DNA of 64,000 nucleotides from Setoptus koraiensis (taxonomy: Eukaryota; Animalia; Arthropoda): positions 10,726,001 through 10,790,000 of the forward strand of contig CM106586.1 of NCBI GenBank assembly GCA_048013815.1, read 5' to 3'. This document shows positions 51,930 to 60,134 of this stretch, in pieces. Below the pieces are notes generated by a model. It did not search any database and was not told where the DNA came from. It saw only the letters and a list, made by a program, of their open reading frames with translations. The position numbers and the translations under genes were made by a program. Each line of letters begins with the position of its first letter. The first letter of the stretch is position 1.

Positions 51930-52480
51930 TGGTATCGCACAGTCTCTGCACAGAAAAGGTCCGCTGACTGCAACCGCAAGTAAGTTTGATCCTGACGACA
52001 ATTTGCGCTCTAGCCATAAGCCTTGAATCTTTGTCTTTTGAGTACAAAAGACAGTGATCGTTATCAAATAGCACACGAATCTTGTTGCTGTTAGTTGCAG
52101 CAGACACTGAAAGGAGATTTTCGGCAACTTGAGGCACGTAGTAAACATCCAATAGAGTAATATTTATTGTCTGGTCACTGATCACACTATCTATATCTAT
52201 TGATCACGAGCCGTATGCTTTGATAGCATTCGAATCACCAACGAATACATTTTTAGGGTTTCAAAAGATTTTAGTATCTCGACATATGGCAAGATGCCCC
52301 AGAGTCTAAATACCATACCATAGGGTTTGATTGTACCCTAGCCATGAATGCATTATTGGAATCATCGTTCCTTGAGTTAGTGTTCTTTGTATCAGTGTTC
52401 CTCTCCGAAGCCTCATTGTTGATCTTTCTCTTCCTGCATTCTTGTTTTTTGTGTGGACGTGTAACGTTGAAAGATTCGGA
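51930..52480 (-). pseudogene. Ty1/Copia gag-pol relic (protease region), degenerate
   Basis: VWYLDSGASCHM aspartic protease motif (~52318), then KNVFVGDSNAIKAYG and ITLLDVYYVPQVAENLLSVS; contains stops and a frameshift. Confidence 0.85.
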
Positions 52481-52603
52481 GGAGTATAGGACAACCTGTT
52501 AACGCTCGCAATCGATAAATCAATGTATGTGTGGTAGCTAAAAATGCAAGAGAACTCAGCTATGACACTATGTAACCCCGCTCGCCGCAGACTAGACTAA
52601 TTG

Positions 52604-53441
52604 GGTATTCTATACAAGAGCGCCACACTCCGATTTCAATGAAACTTCACACACGGGGCCCGCAGGGCCTCGGAACACTAACTTCGCTAGTCCGGAAGTG
52701 CGGAAACTTCCGGTTCCGGTTTTAGAAAAAATTTGAGATACAGACTCGAAATTCGGTACACAGCCTGATCAGAGCATATGCAACATACTGACGCCAATTT
52801 CAGATCTGAACAACTTCTGGTTCTCATAATATTGTCAATTGAAAAGGCATTCGCAGCGAGAAAACTGCAGCCCTGTCAGAAGCTGTACTTGCGCAATTGG
52901 TCGGAATTACGTTGATTGATGAACTGTCAGATCTGACAACTGCGCAATCGATGGGATGCTCCCAGTTCGCAATCATCTGATCATCTCTTCTGTCGGTGTG
53001 TGGATTGCAGTCACGTGAGCGGAGGGTAGAGGGCGCAGCCCGATACCCGAAGCGCTCATCAACCCTACCCGAAGGGTTCCCGTCGCACGCAGTCGTCGCG
53101 GGAGCGACGACGGAGATGTGACGGCCTCCAAATTACGAGGCCGCAGGCCGAGTTCTCAGACCCATCACAAGCTGAGCGAAGCTGAGGCATATTTCTGCCA
53201 TTCCTTGCTGTATCTGATGCGACCTCATCAAAGTACCAAAAATTACCTCGAAAAAATACCTGCAAATCCCCAAGCGGCTGTCGGGTACCGTGAAACGCCC
53301 ACTGAGCGGTACCTCGGTCATCTCGGGAACGAGGAATTTCCGCACTTCCGGAATACCCATTGCGGTATCAGGGTACAATACCCTACCCGAAAATACCCAA
53401 AATACCCCGAAAAAAGTGTGGCGCTCTTGTATAGAATAACC
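52604..53441. mobile_element. Non-autonomous DNA transposon, 838 bp, with TIRs and a 9-bp TSD (Merlin- or Mutator-like)
   Basis: 24-bp perfect inverted repeat TATTCTATACAAGAGCGCCACACT near both ends, termini GG...CC, and direct repeat GACTAATTG at 52595-52603 and 53442-53450. Confidence 0.85.
53007..53160 (+). repeat. Structured hairpin repeat, copy 3 (inside the TIR element)
   Basis: GGGT-AGA-GGGC-GCA-GCCC-GAT-ACCC core; downstream stems as in copy 2. Confidence 0.88.
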
Positions 53442-53574
53442 GACTAATTGCACGCATGATTACAAGGATCGGTCCGCTCCTCAGCTATCGCTTAACATGA
53501 CTGAGATATGCGCCTTTGACTGTGCTAATTGTGCGTGTGATAGCTTAGAACATGTGCATCCGCAGCTACACTCA

Positions 53575-54340
53575 TCACTTAACATGACCCTCATGAGTAA
53601 GCCAGTAATTGTAATGTTTGGAGAAGTCCCGAAAATTGCAGGCCTCCTCTTGCATACTCAGTTGTAGTTTGGCAACTTCACTCGAGGCTTGGTTGGCATC
53701 TAGTTTAGGGACTAATTGGTTATTGATTTCGCTGGCATTGATTCCCATAGTTAATGATGGTAGCAGAGGTATTGCGATCAGCAGACCCATTTGGATCTTT
53801 GGTGCGGCTGCCGGCTGTCGTCGTGCAGGTCTTCGCTTAATTAAAAGGTAGATTATGTATCTCACTACGAACCAGGCAAGGTAACTGCAAGTAATACGCG
53901 TAATGTCTAAGAATCCAGAGAAGATTGATTTGAAGTCTGGGAGACTGAACCAGCTGTTGTCTGAAAATGCTCTCTCGGTGAGTAGGTTCTTCAGGTCTGC
54001 ACCCTCTTTTTCCAATTTATCGATTTCATCGGCGGTAAGCGCTACAAATTCTTCTTTCTTTACTCCGAGATTTAAGTTCACATGGTCAGCAATCTCAAAG
54101 GGATATGTGTCTTTGATGTATACCTGTGAGTAGTGAAACGAGTAGTCGTTGATACTAAATGGTGTTCCAGTTTCTAATGAGAAAATGTAGTTCGGGCAGG
54201 CGTGCAGTAGGTTAGAGCAACCAAAGAGAGATTCTTTGATATAGCTCAATTTCCCGGAGTTTTGGGAGCAATCGATTGTACCCACATACATTTTACAGCT
54301 CCAGGGATAGAAGATAGAGAGCGATTCAGAAATAGGAACG
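53575..54340 (-). CDS. Fragment of a viral/retroelement envelope-like glycoprotein (C-terminal portion)
   Basis: Stop-free ~255 codons: Cys-spaced ectodomain-like part, heptad-like EEFVALTADEIDKLEKEGADLKNLL, aromatic SWFSLPDF, TM ITCSYLAWFVVRYIIYLLI, basic KRRPARR. The 5' end is cut by the Harbinger fragment. Confidence 0.5.
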
Positions 54341-54688
54341 GTGCAGGCGATAGTCGATGGCGATATGAAATTCACTAATGTCGTAGCTCGCTGGCCGGGC
54401 TCGACGCACGACTCTCGGATATTTGATAACAGTTTAGTGCATCATTGGTTCTCGCAAACCAGAAGGATCGGTTGGCTCTTAGGAGACAATGGGCACCCAT
54501 GCCGGCGTTATCTAATGACTCCATTGCTGAATCCTGAAAGCGCCGGCGAGCGTAACTACAACAGAAGGCATATTAAAACACGCAACATTGTTGAGAGAAC
54601 ATTTGGGGCCTGGAAAAGAACGTTTTTCGTTCTTTCAACCACGATGGGAATCAAAACCAAGACCGTGCTGACCGTTATTATCGCCTGA
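54341..54688 (+). mobile_element. PIF/Harbinger DDE transposase fragment (C-terminal catalytic part)
   Basis: QAIVD...VARWPGSTHDSRIF...LLGDNGHP...LMTP...YNRRHIKTRNIVERTFGAWKRTF. Confidence 0.92.
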
Positions 54689-55316
54689 CAGCACGGCAGC
54701 AGAATTGCAGCCTCTCGACGTCTCTTTCAACAGACAATATAAAAAATTGGTGAAACGGATAGCGAGCGAAGCGTCCATGAAAGGCATGAAGAAGAAAGTC
54801 ACTGAAAGAAAAGGTATCATCAACATGCAGTCACTTGTGTACAACCAACTATCGGCTCCAGCGTATAGAGATTTATTGGTGTACGCATGGCATAGAACTG
54901 ACCCTAATTTTTCACTTGATGAGCTATCGATTGGGGACAAACCTGACACCGTTGAAAATATACAATTCAAGTTCGATGAACATCAGCCGAAGAACTGTGA
55001 AGTCTCTGGTTGCACTAATCATCGTTTTATAATCTGCTCTCATTGTTCAAAGGTTTTATGTCTGAAACATTTCTTGGATCGGCATTGTTTTCACCAAATA
55101 GAACACGATTTTATACTTCACGTCGAGCATGAGAGGGCTCTACCTCAGGTTCATTATAATGTCACAGACGAGACTCATGGCCAACGAGCTAGCCAGCAAC
55201 AACCAATCATCGATGTAGACCCAGCAGCACCAAGTGCTGCAGGACATCCATACGCGTCGAGTAGCGACGATGATCATGACGAGTTGTTCGTAGAGAGAGA
55301 AGAGAAAGAGATCTAA
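54689..55316 (+). mobile_element. pogo/Tigger-like (DDE_1) transposase C-terminal fragment with a Cys/His finger
   Basis: TAAELQPLDVSFNRQYK motif and CEVSGC...FIICSHCSKVLCLKHF; no 5' part present. Confidence 0.8.
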
Positions 55317-55529
55317 TGTATGTAAAATCTATTGGGGTGGTGATGATGACTAGGTTTATTCACGTGACTATGTAATCCTATGGAGGTTTGACTTAGTCAA
55401 ATTTGTGAGAATCCTGCTAGATACTACACATGTATTCCGATGTAGATTTGACTTGGTCTATTATCGCTTTACTCGAAAATATTTCGTATGCAATCCTATG
55501 GAGATTTGACTAGGTCGAATTTGTGAGGA

Positions 55530-56600
55530 GCTCGGTGGTGACGAATCGAACTTCAAAATTGAAAATACGAATTTCTAATGGGAGTTTCAGCTGCTAGTTC
55601 GAAGTTAGTGGTTCAGTGTTCTTAGTTCTATGGTCAGAGTTCGGTGGTGACAATTCGAATTTCGAACTTCGAAATTCGAAATTGAAAATTCGATTTTCTG
55701 ATGATAGTTTCATCTGTTCGTTCGATGTTCGATGGTCAGTGTTCGATGGTCAGAGTTCGATGGTTACAATTCGAAGTTCGGTGGCCACAATTCGAACTTC
55801 GAAATTCGAAATTGAAAATTCGATTTTCTGATGATAGTTCCATCTGCTCTGTCGGAGTTCGGTGGTCAGTGTTCGATGGTCACATTTCGAACTTCGAAAT
55901 TCGAAATTGAAAATTCGATTTTCTGATGATAGTTTCATCTGTTCGTTCGATGTTCGATGGTCAGTGTTCGATGGTCAGAGTTCGATGGTTACAATTCGAA
56001 GTTCGGTGGCCACAATTCGAACTTCGAAATTCGAAATTGAAAATTCGATTTTCTGATGATAGTTTCATCTGTTCGTTCGATGTTCGATGGTCAGTGTTCG
56101 ATGGTCAGAGTTCGATGGTTACAATTCGAAGTTCGGTGGCCACAATTCGAACTTCGAAATTCGAAATTGAAAATTCGATTTTCTGATGATAGTTTCATCT
56201 GCTCTGTCGGAGTTCGGTGGTCAGTGTTCGATGGTCAGAGTTCGATGGTCACATTTCGGAGTTCGGTGGTCACATTTCGAACTTCGAAATTCCAAGTTGA
56301 AAATTCGAATTCCTGTTGACAGTTTCATCTGCTTGTTCGATGTTCGATGGTTAGTGTTCGATGGTCGGAGTTCGATGGTCACATTTCGGAGTTCGGTGGT
56401 AACAATTCGAAATTCGAAATTGAAAATTCGATTTTCTGATGATAGTCTCAGCTTCTCTGCCGGAGTTCGATGGTCGGAGTTCGATGTTCAGTGTTCGGGG
56501 GTCAGAGTTCGATGGTCACAATCCGAACTTCGAACTTCGAAATTGAAAATTCAAATTTCTAATGATAGTTTCATCTGCTTCGTTGAAGTTCGATGATCAA
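55530..56600. repeat. Tandem satellite, ~130-bp unit, about 9 copies
   Basis: The ATGATAG landmark recurs at 55701, 55831, 55926, 56056, 56186, ~56315, 56439 and 56562, with a degenerate copy at 55578. Spacings are mostly 130 or 123 bp, with one 95-bp unit. Confidence 0.95.
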
Positions 56601-56805
56601 ATTCCGATAGTGGTGGGCAATCAACATGTGTATCATGCTGCGATAGAAATTTGAAGAACTTGTATTTATTTGGTCGCTCCTCGGCTGCTCTGATCTGACA
56701 AGCATAGTTGTTTATCTCCGACATGTTATCACATACTCCGGTCTATGTTCCAAGGACACTCGTTTATCCAAAAAATTAAGCGCTCGAGATACTGATTGAA
56801 TCAGT

Positions 56806-57305
56806 NNNNNNNNNNNNNNNNNNNNNNNNNNNNNNNNNNNNNNNNNNNNNNNNNNNNNNNNNNNNNNNNNNNNNNNNNNNNNNNNNNNNNNNNNNNNNNN
56901 NNNNNNNNNNNNNNNNNNNNNNNNNNNNNNNNNNNNNNNNNNNNNNNNNNNNNNNNNNNNNNNNNNNNNNNNNNNNNNNNNNNNNNNNNNNNNNNNNNNN
57001 NNNNNNNNNNNNNNNNNNNNNNNNNNNNNNNNNNNNNNNNNNNNNNNNNNNNNNNNNNNNNNNNNNNNNNNNNNNNNNNNNNNNNNNNNNNNNNNNNNNN
57101 NNNNNNNNNNNNNNNNNNNNNNNNNNNNNNNNNNNNNNNNNNNNNNNNNNNNNNNNNNNNNNNNNNNNNNNNNNNNNNNNNNNNNNNNNNNNNNNNNNNN
57201 NNNNNNNNNNNNNNNNNNNNNNNNNNNNNNNNNNNNNNNNNNNNNNNNNNNNNNNNNNNNNNNNNNNNNNNNNNNNNNNNNNNNNNNNNNNNNNNNNNNN
57301 NNNNN
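56806..57305. other. Assembly gap (500 N)
   Basis: Run of exactly 500 N. Confidence 0.99.
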
Positions 57306-57557
57306 CGCGGAATGAGCAGTTGGTATGTAAACAATGTGCTCTAGAAGACCGCATTTTTTTATCCGTTCCTATTTTGAAAATGGCGCTCGAGATCAGATAA
57401 TCTGAATATTTCTTCTCGTACTGATGGATGTCATTAATCGTTATTCTTCTATTGTGGAAAGCCGAGCAATCAATTTTACATTTAGTTACATTACTCACTC
57501 ATAGAAATTATTCAAGCCCAACCTGAATATGAAATAAATGACAAGCTTCGTCCAATA

Positions 57558-59574
57558 ATGTGTATGTCATGGGAAGACTATGTCAAACAGAGTGTCTTAT
57601 TTGTAAACAAATCGAATGCCCTCAATGATTCATGGTGTTTGAGGAAATCAATGGGAACCAGGTGTGACTCTTCTGAATTAATCGACATCGATCTAATAGG
57701 CTTACACTGTACAAAAGCAAGTAGCGGAAGTGACATCGATCAAGCTACGCTCCAAACTCTTCTGAACGGAATACTAAAAGAGGTGAGATTTTCAAACACA
57801 CTATCACTATAATTTATTTAATCGAGCTCTCCAACTATTTGAACGGCAACATTCTTGTTCAGCATCGAACTTCTAACACGGAGTTACCTTGAGTGAATCA
57901 CAAGTGAGAATAAATTTGCAGAAACACAATGGAACGAAAGATTTTATCCGAAAAAGATATGTTATACTGGACCAAATTCAGTGTCGGTTACAACGAACTC
58001 TCAACTTTTATCACAAAATTGAACGAAAAACTTAAACGCACTCACGACAAACATATCAATTCAAAGTACGTTATAGTAAATCCCACATTAAGTAAAGTGG
58101 CAAGCCTACTTGGACAATTGAGTCAATCGACTGCTGAAGTAGAGCCAGCCTTAGATAAGCACCAGAGATTTGGAAATATAGCCTTCAGAACATGGTATGA
58201 TATTATGGTAGAATGTTGTGATCAGCACCTTCAACAACTTGTGAGCAATGAGGTGCTTCGCGCTGAGCTGCTCACTTATCTCACAGATTCTTTTGGTAAT
58301 AAGCAAAGAATCGACTACGGCACAGGACACGAGCTTTCATTTATGATCTTTCTCATGGGTCTGGTCAAATGTGTCTTGAATGCAAAAGATACCGGAGATG
58401 AATTGCAAGGCCCGGAAAACAACAAGTTACAAGAGCATGAATTTGATCTGATCGCTTTGTTTGGCTTCCATTACATGCCTCTATGTCGCAAAATTCAAGC
58501 TAGATATCGCCTTGAGCCAGCTGGTAGTCACGGCGTTTATAGTTTGGACGATTTTCAATTTTTGCCTTTCCTTTTTGGTTCAGCCCAACTCATCGATCAT
58601 CCCACAATTCAGACGTCAACCTATCCCGAGAGACAAGTGGCCGAGAAATATAAAGATGACTTTTTGTTTCACGCTGCCATATATTGCACTCATGTGATGA
58701 AGAAAGGCCCCTTTGCAGAACACTCCAATCAGCTATGGAACATAAGCGCGGTAGAGGAATGGTCAAAAATCAATAGAGGATTGATGCGAAAATATCTCAA
58801 TGAAGTGATGGGCAAATTTCCCATCGTACAACACCTGAAGTTTGGTCAATTTATTCTGATCTGGTCGAGATGATCAACTTACCAATCGTTGCACCTATGA
58901 CACATGAGAAATGTCATGAGCATCATCAATCTCATACTATCTTTTTTATTCTCTTATTGTGCTAATACATTATTATATCATAACCAAAGGTCAGCGTAGG
59001 AGATCTTATGTTGGCAAGTAGTCAATTAATTGTCGATCAAAAAGAAGCTAGCTCTAGTGAAGATGTCACGGTATTGCGATGTGATTATAACATAATTTTT
59101 AGCACAAGCTATGAAGTTCCTATATTGTACTTTAATGTGTATCACCAAGGTATGATTATATGCTGAATATTAAGAAAATACTCTCCACTGCGGTTTAATG
59201 AATAAAGTTCTAACAATCTTAATATCATTATCGCTTGCGTCATATTATTTATTTAATATATTCCAGATGGATCTCCCTTGCAAATAGAGGAAATTTGCCG
59301 GGTACTCTCCATCAATGATAACTGTGAATTGATAAAAAGAGGCAAATCAGTGGATAGTGAGATAGAGACCCGAAGTTTGCAGGATTTGGGATCGATTATA
59401 ACTCAGTTCGAGCATCCAATTCTTTTTCGGCCCTACTATGCTATACATCCTTGTAAGACGAGTGATTTGATGCATCAGGTCGATTGCTCTGGTGATAACT
59501 ACTTGATTGCCTGGCTGAGCGCACTCGGAACTTTGATCAATCTTCGACTGGACAATAGATACTGTGAAATATAA
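57558..59574 (+). CDS. ATG10: Autophagy E2-like enzyme ATG10; exons 57558-57782, 58990-59149, 59267-59574 (230 aa)
   Basis: Exon 1 MSWEDYVKQSVLFVNKSNALNDSW resembles ATG10 N-termini; exon 2 YNIIFSTSYEVPILYFN; exon 3 QFEHPILFRPYYAIHPCKT (catalytic Cys) and NYLIAWLS. Introns 57783-58989 (GTGAGA...AAAG, phase 0) and 59150-59266 (GTATGA...TTCCAG, phase 1) keep the frame (693 nt total). Confidence 0.85.
57929..58873 (+). CDS. PTPA: PP2A phosphatase activator PTPA (PPP2R4/Rrd), intronless, nested in ATG10 intron 1
   Basis: RFGNIAFRTW, SFGNKQRIDYGTGHELSF, YRLEPAGSHGVYSLDDFQFLPFLFGSAQL, KKGPFAEHSNQLWNISAV, KFPIVQHLKFG. Confidence 0.96.
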   Translation: MERKILSEKDMLYWTKFSVGYNELSTFITKLNEKLKRTHDKHINSKYVIVNPTLSKVASLLGQLSQSTAEVEPALDKHQRFGNIAFRTWYDIMVECCDQHLQQLVSNEVLRAELLTYLTDSFGNKQRIDYGTGHELSFMIFLMGLVKCVLNAKDTGDELQGPENNKLQEHEFDLIALFGFHYMPLCRKIQARYRLEPAGSHGVYSLDDFQFLPFLFGSAQLIDHPTIQTSTYPERQVAEKYKDDFLFHAAIYCTHVMKKGPFAEHSNQLWNISAVEEWSKINRGLMRKYLNEVMGKFPIVQHLKFGQFILIWSR

Positions 59575-60134
59575 GCTGCTTCTCGCATAGATCTCATAGT
59601 TGTTGGCCGATCGGACTACTTGCTCATTCATACTACTCTTTCAAACGTAATGGGCTTCTGCTTGCGGCTATCCAGAATTCACGAAACATGTCCAATGATG
59701 TAAGTTTCCGGTATAAGACCAAACCAGACCATGTCGCATATGTAGCAGCAACAGTCGGCGACCTAAGCAATGTTGATTCTGACCACATCCCATTGTTTAT
59801 TTTTTTATTAGTAAACTGATTGAATTTTGGTTGAGCAAAACAAAACTGTATAGTGTTCACCTCAGAACAGCAAACCGTAAGTGAGGATGAAAAATTTCTT
59901 TTTACTTTATTATGGCAGTCGAACATGATGAACAAAATTCATCTCATTTCGTGACTATAAACAAAATCTTTATATTTATATTCATATTCAATAATAGCTA
60001 GAATCCAATATCCAGATAAATAATCAACAACAATGACGACGGTCCAAGATGCACGTGTTTGTCTCTACAACGTTTGCGATTATCATCACCGTCGTCAACG
60101 ATTTGTCGAAAACCGATCATCCTAGGAAGACAAG

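Noticed and set aside
55530-56600. GAA/TTC-rich satellite as an array of heat-shock elements
   Set aside because: The spacing between GAA and TTC is 0 or 1 nt rather than the 2 nt required for nGAAnnTTCn.
56776-57498. ORFs spanning the N gap
   Set aside because: Artefacts of translating Ns. The round 500-N length suggests a placeholder, so adjacency and distance across the gap are unverified.
59347-59935. Minus-strand ORFs between ATG10 and the DPP gene
   Set aside because: One is antisense to ATG10 exon 3; the other starts in an AT-rich region and has no recognisable family, so it is most likely DPP 3'UTR.
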